From NCBI RefSeq assembly GCF_009914755.1, contig NC_060931.1: DNA of 64,000 nucleotides. One strand, 5' to 3'. Of the stretch, positions 17,991-34,120 are shown in pieces; within the stretch, counting starts at the first letter, position 1; each line of letters starts with the position of its first letter. The DNA comes from the human T2T-CHM13v2.0 reference genome, Homo sapiens. The position numbers were made by a program, and so were the translations under genes. The notes under the pieces are model-generated. The model had not been told where the DNA came from. It saw nothing but the letters and a program-made list of their open reading frames with translations, and did not search any database.

Positions 17991-18062
17991 AAGTGAGAAT
18001 GCCCTTCCTATTGCCTTCTCTGTGTCCATGTGTTCTCATTGTTCAGTTCCCACTTACAAGTG
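17991..18062 (-). repeat. Isolated ~70-bp L1 ORF2-end/3'UTR patchwork, apparently copied from 14619-14675
   Basis: 18011-18062 matches the reverse complement of 14624-14675 at 46/52; no poly(A). Confidence 0.75.
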
Positions 18063-19879
18063 TAAGGTAAAGTCTGAAAATTGCTTTACAATCCTTATGA
18101 AAGTCCACACGTTTACAAAACGTTATCATAACATTGAGCTGATCTTAAAACTACATTAAAATACGCAGAGGGAGAGAAAATTAAAGAGGTAGAGAAAGAA
18201 AGAGGGGATCAGAAGGGAGGGTGAGGGAGAGAGAACATGAGCGATCATGATATGGACAGAGACAGAAAGAGAGAGATTGAGATCCTGAGAAACAGAGCAT
18301 TTCCTTACACATGGAAAAGCAAATGGAATGAATGGGCTATTTGACAGGTGATGCTTGCATAACAGTATCATGACTGCATAGATTCCTGGTTTGGTTTTTG
18401 AGGATGAATATTCATTATCCCATGAATTCTATCCATCTGCACTGGCTTTTAAAGTACATCAAATGGGTCTGTAATGGCCCAGATATGAAAGCAAAAGTAC
18501 AATAGAGACAATTGAGCACACTTAGAGTGTTATTCCCCCTCTAGGGATTTATGCACGTGAATTCCAACTTTCAAAAAGAATATTCTGTCTATTGATCCAA
18601 AGTTGCAAACAGAGAACTCTGGAACTGCAACCTGCAGGAAAGAATGAATAGAGTTGACAGAATCTGGGTGAATCCTCTGCCAAATTATAAAAATATTTGC
18701 ATAAAATCATCTGAATTCTACACTTTTACTCTAAAGAAATAATGGATCTAGTGTAATGTTAGGCAAGAATAGATTATGAAAAGCCTTTAGGACCACCTGC
18801 TTATACTTCGGTACCCACAGTGAGAAAGATTTTATCATTTTGAAAGTCAAAGAAATGCTTGTTTCATTTTATTGAAATGTGACACTTGCCTAACTAGAAA
18901 TGATGAATGATTTTATTGGTCTAGTTAAGAACTGACTTCTTAATGCCGAAAGAGGAACTTCTGAGGATGGTGGCTCTTATAAGAAACAAAATCACATGGA
19001 TGGGTGAAGTAAAAGTAAGGATATTACAATGTCTCCTCCCATCTTCCTGAGAATTAGGAGAATCCCCAAGACAAGTGAATTAAGAGCGGTGGCATAGTTC
19101 AGTCTATGAATATGGGTCCCTAAGAAATTGGATTCATTTCTTATCTGGTCTGGAGGAGAATAGTCATTGTATTGATGATCTCAAGGGGTATGGAATTTTG
19201 CCTCAGAGTAATATGGAGAAATGGATTATCTGACCCCAACTCTCTACTAGAGTAGCTAAGCATCCAGGGACCAGGGACAATAGCCTGCCATCTTTTATAA
19301 CTTTACAGATGGAACATCTGGAAAAGCCAAGGTCCAGGTGGTCCACACTACCTCCAAAAACAATAGAAATCAATAAGAAAGGCAAATAAAATTGTCTTTC
19401 ACACCTTGAAAGACAAAAATGTCACACCTTGCATACTTTCTCAACATAATAGGAAAACAGAATGCACTATAACTTCATACCTCCTAAATACTAAACATAA
19501 GCATCATTTTCTAGTGGGGCTATTTTCTTAAGTTTGTACCCCCAGACTTGCAGAGAACAAGGTAAGATCTTTAAAAAGCCACATAGAATACAGAAGAGGA
19601 AAAACAAGACTGAATTAAAGCCATTTTAAAAATCCATTTTAAATATTTTTTAAAAAACAAGTTTTAAAAAGCTGAAAAGGAATGCTGATATTTTAGACCG
19701 CTAAAATTTAATAGATGGGACTCATATAACTGACTGATTAAAAAGCTGATAAACTAGACAGTAAAATTTTAAGTGCAAAGCTACAAATAATGTTATTAAA
19801 TAAAAATAATATTTTTTAAAGCATAAGGAAAACATCACATCAAAAAGAGAAAATATCATACACAGTACAGTTATAACAA

Positions 19880-21140
19880 AATTAATATGACACAGTTGAG
19901 ATCAAATATAGCAGTCATTCTAAATGTGAATGGGCTTAACTGACTTATTAAAAATATTTTAAACATGGCTCACAAAACAAGATACAGCTCTGGCATACAA
20001 AAAACACATCTTACCTCAAAATAATCAGTGGCACAAAAAGACTAAAGATAAAGAGATAGGCAAAATTCTGCCAGAAAAAATGCAGGGGTTGCAATCATGA
20101 TGTCAGCAAAGTATAATTCAAGCCAAAAACATTATACCTGACTAAAAATGACACTTTTTAATGCTAAAAGCCACAATTCACAAAGAATATATAATAGTTA
20201 TAAACATCTATGCACCAAGTAATACAATAACCACCTTTATAAAGCAGAAACTACAGGAGATGCAATGAGACATAGAAATGTGCTAAGAGTGGAGAACATA
20301 ATAGGCGTTCTTAGTACAAGGCAGATTAAACAAAAAAATAAAAAAGGCCATAGGAGACCTACATGACACAATCAATAAAGTAGATCTTCTATTTATATAT
20401 GAACAGTATATTCTTATAAAAGAGAAAACAGCTTTTCTTAAACATATATGCAGCACCGAGCAAAGTTGAAGACATATTAGGTTATAAAGAAAGATTCAGG
20501 ATGTTTGTATTGTATAAATATTATAACACTCTCTGATCACAAGGTGATAAAATTAGAAATTAATCAGAAAATAAAGGGTCTTTTCCCTGACCTCTGGAAA
20601 TTTGGAAAAAAAAAAAAAAAAAAAAAAAGCTCCTATGAAATAACTATTGGGCAAAAGGGAAAATATAAACAGAAATCAAATAACTTCTAAAAATTAATGA
20701 TACTAAAAACACTCTATATTAGAATCTACAGTATACATTTAAGATCATTAGAGGAAAATCCGTTGCCTTAAATATACCAATAAACATAAAAGAATAACAA
20801 CAAATTAAAATTTCAACTCCAAAATTAGAAAAAGAACAACAAAGTAAACTACATGAGAGCAAAACTAAGAAAAAAGTAAAAACAAAAGCATAAATTAAAT
20901 GAAGTAGAGAATAGAAAACAGTACATCTAGTTAATCAAAATTTTGATTTTTTAAAAAATGAACAAAATAGATGAAGCATTAGCTAGTTTAAATAAGAACA
21001 AGGGGGGAGAAAGGAAAAATGTACAAAATATGAAATGATGGGGGAAATAATATTGAAACAGAAGTTTTTAAGAATACAAAAGATTATTTTGCAGCTCTCT
21101 ATGAAAAGAATCTGAAAATAGAGATGAAGTTGATAAATTC
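19880..21140 (+). mobile_element. Ancient L1M ORF2 (endonuclease region) fragment
   Basis: 'ctaaatgtgaatgggcttaac', 'gcaggggttgcaatc', 'aaacatctatgcacc', 'ctctctgatcacaa'. Confidence 0.7.
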
Positions 21141-23170
21141 CCAACTGCAAAACTGTTTATTTACAGAAGATCATGAGGAACAGGGTAGAAAAGATGATGT
21201 GTGTGGTGAGGTGGGGGGTGAACAGTGAAGAGTTATACTTTTTGAGTCTTCCTTTTTATGTAATTCAGATGTTTGGAGCTATATTAATATTTTGCATAAA
21301 CAATAAATAAAATAAAGATGTGAAAAGAAAACCTGAAAAGTACACAAAATGAGACAAACAGACTTATCTATATGTAAGAACCCCATTGAAGGAGAAAAAT
21401 ATTAACTCAAGTAATTTTTGAATACAATATTTTGACTATATCTTCAGACTAAAGACAAAAATTATAAAGAAAGATTGAACTTTAGGGTAGGAAGTTTTGC
21501 ATGGGTTAGCATTTCCAAAATTACTTTCTGTGCATTCTAGTGTATCCTAGGATTAAGCAATAAGTAAATAGATGAGGACAATGGGAACCAGGTTTCTCAC
21601 TGTTGGAAAAGGCAATTATAAATATGGATAAGAAAATGTGGAATGAATCCTATGTTATTTAAGTGTAATTAGATGTTGGAATTGAAAGAATCAGTAAAAA
21701 ACTCATGATACATATTATCAGCCTGTTTATCTTTATGTATTTACTTTTTAGCTCTGTCCACTACAGGCTAAAGCAATGACACCCCAGCAACAATGAGCAC
21801 ACCTAGTGCCAAGATCTTCATTTCTAAATATACTATTCATCAAAAAGAAACAGAGCTCCTTTGATAAATAAGCTCATTCCAAGACTGGAACTGGCAAAGT
21901 ACAACACAAGTCCAGAATATCTTACTGTTCAGGAAAGTTAGAAATAGCTCAAAGATTCAGGGTGACATTTCAAAAAGATACATAGCCAGTTTTAAGGGAC
22001 TTCATTGGCAAAGCCTGGAACAATTTGAACAACCAAATCAATAATGTTAGCAATGGATCATCATCTGTTGAAGAAGATGATTCTATAAGTCCATACTAAT
22101 AGAAACTAATGAATAAAAAAGGAATAAATCAGAGAATGAAAATATATTTATTACTGTAAAATATCAATCAATAAATGATGATGACATTGGAAAATCACCA
22201 CTTGGTTTTCTGCATTTCCAACTGAGGTACCTGGTTCATCTCATTGGGACTGGTTGGACAGTTGGTGCAGCCCACGAAGCGCAAGCTGAAGCAGGGTGGG
22301 GCATTGCCTCACCAGGGAAGCACGAGGGTTCAGGGGATTTCCCTTTCCTAGCCAAGGGAAGCCATGACAGACTACCTGGAAAAACGGGACACTCCCCACC
22401 CAAATACTGTGCTTTTACCAAGGTCTTAGCAACTGGCAGACAAGGTGAGTCTCTCCCATGCCTGGCTCGGCAGGTCCCACACCCATGGAACCCTTGCTCA
22501 CTGCTAGTGCAGCAGTCTGAGATCGATCTATGAGGTGGCAGCCTGGCTGGGGGAGGGGTGTCCACCATTGCTGAGGCTTGAGTAGGTAAACAAAGCGGCC
22601 AGGAAGCTCGAACTGGACGGAGCCCACAGCAGCTCAACAAGGCCTACTGCCTCTAGACTCCACCTCTGTGGGCAGGGCATAACTGAACAAAAGGCAGCAA
22701 ACAACTTCTGCAGACTTAAAAGTAAGTCCCTGTCTGACAGCTCTGAAGAGAGCAGTCATTCTCCCAGCACAGCGTTTGAGCTTTGAGAATGGACAGACTG
22801 CTTCCTCAAGTGGGTCCCTGACCCCTGTGTAGCCTAACTGGGAGACACCTCCCAGTAGGGTCTGACAGACACCTCATATAGGCGGCAGCCCATCTGGGAC
22901 GAAGCTTCCAGAGGAAGAATCAGGCAGCAATATTTTGCGTTCTGCAATATTTGCTGTTCTGCAGCCTCTGCTGGTGATACCCAGGCAAACAGCGTCTGGA
23001 GTGGAACTCCAGCAAACTCCAACAGACCTGCAGCTAAGGGACCTGACTATTAGAAGGAAAACTAACAATCAGAAAGGAATAGCATCAACATCAACAAAAA
23101 GATCATCTACACCAAAACCCCATCTGTAGATCACCAAAATCAAAGACCAAAGGTAGATAAAACCACAAAG

Positions 23171-24193
23171 ATGGGGAGAAACCAGAGCAGAAAAGCTGAA
23201 AATTCTAAAAATCAGAGCACCTCTTCTCCTCCAAAGGATTGCAGCTCCTCACCAGCAATGGAACAAAGCTGGATGGAGAATGACTTTGACAAGTTGATAG
23301 AAGTACGCTTCAGAAGGTCGGTAATAACAAACTTTTCCAAGCAAAGGAGGATGTTTGAACCCATCACAAAGAAGCTAAAAGCCTTGAAAAAGATTAGACG
23401 AATGGCTAACTAGAATAAACAGTGCAGAGAAGACCTTAAATGACCTGATGGAGCTGAAAACCATGGCACAAGAACTTCGTGACACATGCACAAGCTTCAA
23501 TAGCCGATTTAATCAAGTGGAAGAAAGGATATCAGTGATTGAAGATCAAATTAATGAAATAAAGCAAGAAGACAAGGTTAGAGAAAAAAGAGTAAAAAGA
23601 AATGAAAAAAGCCTCCAAGAAATATGGGACTATGTGAAAAGACCAAATCTATGTTTGATTGGTGTACTTGAAAATGATGGACAGAATGGAACCAAGCTGG
23701 AAAACACTCTTCAGGATATTATCCAGGAGAACTTCCCAAACCTAGCAAGGCAGGCCAACATTCAAATTCGGGAAATACAGAGAATACCACAAAGATACTC
23801 CTTGAGAAGAGCAACCCCAAGACACTTAATTGTCAGATTCACCAAGGTTGAAATGAAGGAAAAACTGTTAAGGGCAGCCAGAGGGAAAGGTCGAGTTACC
23901 CACAAAGGGAAGCCCATCAGACTAACAGCAGATCTCTCAGCAGAAACCCTACAAGCCAGAAGAGAGTGGGGCCCAATATTCAACATTCTTAAAGAAAATA
24001 ATTTTCAATCCAGAATTTCATATCCAGTCAAACTAAGCTTCATAAGTGAAGGAGAAATAAAATCCTTTACAGACAAGCAAATGCTGAGAGGTTTTGTCAC
24101 CACCAGGCCTGCCTTATAAGATCTCCTGAAGGAAGCACTAAACATGGAAAGAAACAACTGGTACCAGCCACTGCAAAAACATGCCAAATTGTA
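23171..24193 (+). pseudogene. L1 ORF1, frameshifted
   Basis: ORFs 23171-23413 and 23448-24119. Confidence 0.9.
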
Positions 24194-24257
24194 AAGACCA
24201 TTGATGCCATGAAGAAACTGCATCAATTAACGGGCAAAGTAATCAGCGAGCATCATA

Positions 24258-27612
<3,355 letters not shown>

Positions 27613-28127
27613 ACAATGAGATCACTTGGATACAGGGCGGGGAACATCACACACTGGGGCCTGTCAGGGGGTGGGGGGCTGGGGGAGAAATACCTAATGT
27701 AAATGATGAGTTGATGGATGCAGCAAACCAACATAGCACATATATACCTATGTATCAAACCTGCACGTTGTGCACATGTACCCTGGAACTTTAAGTATAA
27801 TAATAATAAAAAAAATCACCACTTGGCAAAAATTATAGTAATAATTGATTCAGGCAAGAATCATCAGTGGCTAAAATGAATGGGTCACCAATATTGTGAC
27901 AAACTGATATTTTGTGCCTTTGATATTATATATCGAGAAGAATATACTATCACTTCTTTATTTCCCCTGCTAGAAATGGATTAATGAGTTAAATTATAAG
28001 AAAACATTAGATAAATCCACTAGAGGGACATTCTATGAAATAATTGATTTGATTTCTTTAAAAAATGTCAATGTGATGAAACATAAAACATGAGAAACCA
28101 AGATTAAGGGAGTTTAAAGAGGCATGG

Positions 28128-28742
28128 TGTATTCATCTGTTCTCCTGCTGCTATAAAGAGCTGCCGGAGACTGGGTAATTTGTAAAGGAGAGGGGTTTAA
28201 TTGACTCACAGTTCCACAGGGCTGGAGAGGCCTCAGGAAACTTACAATCACGGTGGAAAGGGAAGCAAACATGTCCTTCTTCTCATGGTGGCAGGAAGGG
28301 GAAGTATGAGAACTGAGCTGGGGGAAGCCCCTTATAAAACCATCGGATCTCATGAGAACTTACTCACCATCATGAGAATAGCATGAGGGTAACTATACCA
28401 TGATTAAAATACCTCCTACCGGGTCCTTCCCACAACACATGGGGATCATGGGAACTACAATTCAAGATGAGATTTGGGTGGGGACACAGCCAAACCATAT
28501 CATTCTGCTTCTGTACCCTCACAAATCTCATGTCCTCACATTTCATGTCCTCATGAACTGAATGAAGGGGGCCCCTTGTAAAACCATCAGATCTCATGAG
28601 AGCTCACTACCACGAGAATAGCATAAGGGTAACCACCCCCATGATTAAATTACCTCCCACCAGGTTCCCCCATGACAGGTGGGAATTATGGGAACTACAA
28701 TTCAAGATAAAATTTGGGTGGGGACACAGCCAAACCGTGTCA
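28128..28742 (-). mobile_element. THE1 (THE1C-like) provirus remnant: one full LTR, ~45 bp of internal sequence and part of the second LTR
   Basis: Perfect 5-bp TSD catgg at 28123-28127 and 28743-28747; internal 'ttctgcttctgtaccctcacaaatctcatgtcctcacatttca' at 28503-28545. Confidence 0.85.
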
Positions 28743-29159
28743 CATGGTAACTAAACATAAAGCATGATAATTCTGAGTTAGATCCAGGATCAGAAACATC
28801 TTTTTCTATTGCTATAAAGAACATTATTATGACAATTGGTGAAATTTGAATAAGATCTGTAGATTAGATAATAGTACAGTACCCCTGTAAATTTCCTTAT
28901 TTTTACAGCTGTACTATGGTTACATAAGAGATTATCCTTGGTTTTCAGAAAATACACACAAGTATTTAGACGTTAACTAAATATATACTCAAGTGGTTCA
29001 GAAAAGATGGAAAATAGTAGAGCAAATATGGTAAAATATCAACACTTGGAGAATCTAGATATGGGGCATATGAGAATTCTTTGTACTAGTGCAACTTGGC
29101 TGTAAATGTGAAATTATTGCAAATGAAAACATTTTTTAAAAGTCCAAAATGATTGAAAG

Positions 29160-30050
29160 ATAGCATCAAGATAACACAGGGTGGAAGAAGAGATTTACAG
29201 TGTGTATAATTGACAAAGGGGTTTATATCTAGAATGTATAAAGAAATCTTTCACATCAATAAGAAAAACAAAAATAATGTAATAGAAAAATGCATAAGAG
29301 ACTTTGAGGCACTTCATAAAGGAGGATGCTCAAGTGACCAATACATATATGAAGAAGAACATAATCTTATTAGTAACGCAAGAAATGCAAATTAAAAGCC
29401 CTATGAGAAGTCACTCTACATCCACTAACATGACCCAAATTTAAAATCCTGGCAAACCCAAGTCTTGGTGACAATGAGGAGCAACAGGAACTCTTAGACA
29501 TTGTTGGTGGGAGTGACTATTGGTAAAGCTGGTATTATCTACTAAAGCTGAACTACGTGTACTTGAAAACTCCCAAATCCCACTTCTAATCAAATACCCT
29601 ATAGAAATGCATTAACATATTTAGCAAGAAATGTATAATTGTTCAACAGAAGATTGGATATTTTATGCGATAGGCACTCCATATAGTACTATATAGCAAT
29701 AAAAACAAACACATGGCAATATGGACAAATCTCACAAAAATGTGAAGTGAACAAAGCCAGACATAGAATATATAGTATAAAACTGCACACACGCACACAC
29801 ACACACACACACACACACCCCATGTAACAGGCAAAATTAAACTACAGCAATAAGAGTATTTGCAAGCTTTTGGGAGGAAGGAGGAGCCACAAGAGGGTTT
29901 CTTGAGTTCTGGTGATGTTCTATTTCTTGACCTGAGTGGTGTTTACATAATTAGGTTCACTTTGTGATAACTGAATTGAAAATTTTATTATCTGTCCCCT
30001 CTTCTATATGTGTGATATGTCATAAAAAATTAAGAAACTGAAAAACTAAA
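29160..30050 (+). mobile_element. Ancient L1M (L1ME-like) 3' fragment containing (CA)n at ~29786-29818
   Basis: 'tatatctagaatgtataaagaa', 'agaaatgcaaattaaaa', 'gagcaacaggaactct'. Confidence 0.65.
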
Positions 30051-30599
30051 GAGACATAACAACAACAACAAAAATAGCAAAAATAATTTTTAAAGTAATT
30101 CTGCCAGAGTTGGGTGAGTGAGTAGCTAAAAGGCAGTTACACTTGTAGCTCTAATGTAATAACATCAACACCTAAATTCAAACTGCAGATATATTATAAA
30201 TGAATCTCATCTTCCAGGTTTATAGCTAAATTTCAAAGGCTTCAATTAGTTTAGGTGGTAATTTGGGAACCAGGGAAAAATATCATGTTAAAAATGACAT
30301 TTTCCTGGGGTAGATGGAGTTAAGTCTGTGGAGTACACAGACCCCTAAATGAGATGGAGATATAGCACCAAAATCTCATATATTTATATGGCTTGGTCAT
30401 TTTTGATTTTTCACTTGATAAAATTTGTTTTAATGATCACCATTATATTTGGTGTCATGTTTCAGTATAAATTTTTCCAGCAGAGTCTAACATTATTCTG
30501 AGTGCTAGTTTTATCTTCCTCTAGAACGGGAGAGGTTCCCACCCTCATTTCTTATGGTAACTTTTATTTTAATATTTTAAACCACAAAGCAGTAATTTT

Positions 30600-31380
30600 T
30601 CACAGTCAATGGCTAATTAAATTTAATGATCTGTTTCTGTGCTCACCAGTGTTTCCTTAGCTCAGTCTTTTCCTCTGGGTTTCATTTTGCTGCTGAAGAG
30701 AAGAGTGTTCTTAATTTGTTCTTTGGTAAGCTGTAGGTGGTAAACACTTTTAGTCTTTTAAATCAGACAATGTCTTTAGTTTGCACTTTCATTTGAAGAA
30801 TGATCATGTTCAAAGTTAGAAGTTGACAATTAGTTTTCCTTGGCAATTTGAAGATAATATTCTATTATTGCTGATTAGAAGTCTGCTACTAATTTGTTAT
30901 TCTTTTGTGTTAATCTATCTTTTTTATGTGTTAGCTGGAAGATGTTCTCTTTATTATTGACGTTTTGCCATTTCATAGCCATGTGCGGCTGAGGTTTTGT
31001 TTTTATTTACCCTTATTCGAATTCAGTGTAAATTGTCTGAGCGATCAGGTATTTCTACAATTCTAAACCGTTCTTGGTGATTATCTTATGAAATATTTAG
31101 TTCCTGTTATTCTCTTTACTTGCTTTTAGTGAAATTCCTAAAAAATATATTGTTCCCTTTAAATCTATGCTTTTTATCCCTTAACTGTTCCTTAAGTAAA
31201 ATAAAGTCTCTATTTCCCTAGTACAAGTTCCGGGTAAATTTTTCATTGCTAGCTTCCAGCTCTCTAATTCTCTTTTGGCCTCCACTTTGGAATTTATTCT
31301 ATTTTTTGATTTATTGTATTTTTAATGTCTATATTCTTTGTTTCTAAGAATCTTGAATATTTAAATATCTACCTTTTTTT
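30600..31380 (-). mobile_element. Ancient L1M/HAL1 ORF1-like fragment
   Basis: T-rich antisense L1-like text 'aatgtctttagtttgcactttcatttgaagaat', 'tattgctgattagaagtctgct'. Confidence 0.45.
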
Positions 31381-33628
31381 TCACTGCTTGCTTTTTCCCA
31401 GTTTACTTAGGCATAATTTGCATCACTTATTGTAAGTGTATAGTTTGATAAAATTTGCCAGTTGTAAACAGTTTTATAACCATGGCAACAATCAAGATAT
31501 TGAACATTTCTAATACCCAGGAAAATTTCCTTATGTCCGTTTGTAGTCAATTCCTTTCCAGACTCTTAGCCTCAGGAAACAACTAATCTGCTTTCTGTTA
31601 CTAAAGTTTTGCCTTTCCAAGTGCATTAAAAACAAAAAACCAAGACTCAACCATCTTCTGTCTTCAAGAATCCAATCTCATAATAATACACATAGGCTCA
31701 AAGTAAGGAGATGGAGAAAGATCTATCACACAAATGGTAAACAAAAAAGAGCAGGGGTCGCGATTATATCTGATAGAACAGACTTTAAACCAACATCAAG
31801 ACAAAGGAGGGCATTACATAATGATAAAGGGCTCAATTAAACAAGAAAACAATTGTAAACATTTGTGCACCCAACATCAGAGCACCTCGATTCCTAAAAC
31901 AAGTACCTCTAGACCTGCAAAAAAGACTTAGCCATACAATAATAGTGGGAGACTTCAACACTCCACTGACTGAGTTAGATCAACAAGACAGAAAACTAAC
32001 AAAGATATTCTGGACTTAAGTTTGACACTTTACCAATTGGACCTAATAGACACCTACAGAATACTCCACCCAACAACCACATAATACACATTCTTTTCAT
32101 TTGCACATGGAACATACTCTAAGATGGACCACATGCTTGGCCATAAAGCAAGTCTCAATAAATTCAAAACAATCAAAACGCCAACCATGCTCACAGACCT
32201 CAGTGAAAGAAAAATAGAAATCAATACCAAGAAAGTGTCTCAAAACCACACAATTACATGGAAACTAAACAACTTGCTCCTAAATGACTTTTGGGTAAAC
32301 AATGAAATTAAGGCAGAAATTAAAAAAATATTTGAAATAAATGAAAACAGAGACATAATGTACCAAAATCTCTGGGACACAGCAAAAGCAGTGTTAAAAG
32401 TAAAGTTTGTAGCTGTAAGCATCTATGTCAGAAAGTTTGAATGATCTCAAATTAACAAGCTAACATCACATCCTAGAGGAAGTCAGAGCAGGATTGAACA
32501 AAATTGAGACCCACAAATCCACACAAAAGGTCAAGGAAATCAAAATTGCATTATTTGAAAGGATAAACAAGATCTGTAGACTACTAGCTAGGTTAACAGA
32601 AAAAAGGAGAAGATCCAAATAAGTGCTATCAGAAATGACAAAGGTAACATTACAACTGATCCTACAGAAATACAAAAGATCCCCAGAGGTGATTATGAAC
32701 ATCTCTATGCACATAAACTAGAAAATCTAGAGGAAGTGGATAAATTCCTGGAAACACACAACCTCCCAAGACTGAATCAGGAAGATAAGAAACCGTAAAC
32801 AGACTAATATTGAGTTCTGAAATTGAATCAATAATTTAAAAAACCTACCAACAACGACAACAAAAAGCCCCAGATCAGATGAATTCACAACTTAATTCTA
32901 TCAGATGTACAAAGAAGAGGTGGTACCAAGCCTACTGAAACTATTCAAAAAAATTGAGGAGGAAGCACTCCTCTCTAACTCATTCTATGAAGCCAGCATC
33001 ACCCAGATAACAAAACCTGGCAAAGACACAATGAAAAAAGAAAACTACAGGCCAGTATCTGATGAACATAGACACAAAAATCCTCTCTAAAATACTAGCA
33101 AACTGAATCCAGCAGGACATAAAAAAGGTTAATTCACCTACAGTCAAGTAGGCTTCATTCCTGTGATGCAAGGGTTGGTTCAACATACAAAATCAATGAA
33201 TGTGATTCGCCACATAAACAGAATTAAAAACAAAAACCACCTGATTTTCTCAATAGACACAGAAAGTACTTTTCATAAAATCATAAACACCCTCAACAAA
33301 CTAGGCACTGAAGGAACATACTTCAAAATAATAGGAGCCATCATCATACTGAATGGGCAAAGGATGGAAACATTCTCCTTAAGAACTGGAACGAGACGAG
33401 GATGCTCACTCTCATCACGCCTGTTCAACATAGTTCTGTAAGTCCTAGCCAGAGAAATCAGGCAACAGAAAGAAATAAAAGGAAAAGAAGTCAAATTGTC
33501 TCTCTTTGCTAATTATATGATTCTATGCCTAGAAAACCCAAAAGGCTCTGCCAGAAGCCTCTTGAAATTGATAAATAACTTCAGTAAAGTTCAGGATACA
33601 AAATCAATGTAAAAAATCCGTAAAAAAA

Positions 33629-33955
33629 TTTTTTTTGAGACAGAGTCTCACTTTGTTGCCCAGGCTGGAGTGTAGTGGTGTGATCACAGCTCACTTCAGC
33701 CTTGACCTTGTGGGCTCAAGCGATCCTCCCACCTCACCCTCCTGAGTAGCTGGGACTAAGGGATGCACCACTTTGCTTGGCTAATTTTTTTTAACGTCAG
33801 AAATTCCTGCTAACTGGCCAATTTAAAAAAATTTTTTTAGAGATGGGGTTTCACTACGTTGCCCAGGCTGGTCTCAAACTCCTGGCCTCAAGCAATCCTC
33901 CCACCTTGGCCTCCCAAAGTATTGAGATTACAGGCATGAGCCGCTGCACCTAGCC
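33629..33955 (-). mobile_element. AluJ with extra sequence in the central linker
   Basis: J diagnostics 'gatcacagctcac', 'ggctcaagcgatcctcccacc', 'gttgcccaggctggtctc'. Confidence 0.9.
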
Positions 33956-34120
33956 CTTCAGCAGCATTTCTACACACCAATTGCATTCAAGCTGAGTGAC
34001 AAACAGGAATGCAATCCCATTTACAGTAACCACAAAAAAAAATAGCTAGGAATATATCTTACCAAGGATGTGAAACATCTCTGCAAGAACTACAAAATGC
34101 TGCTGAAAGAAATCACAAAT

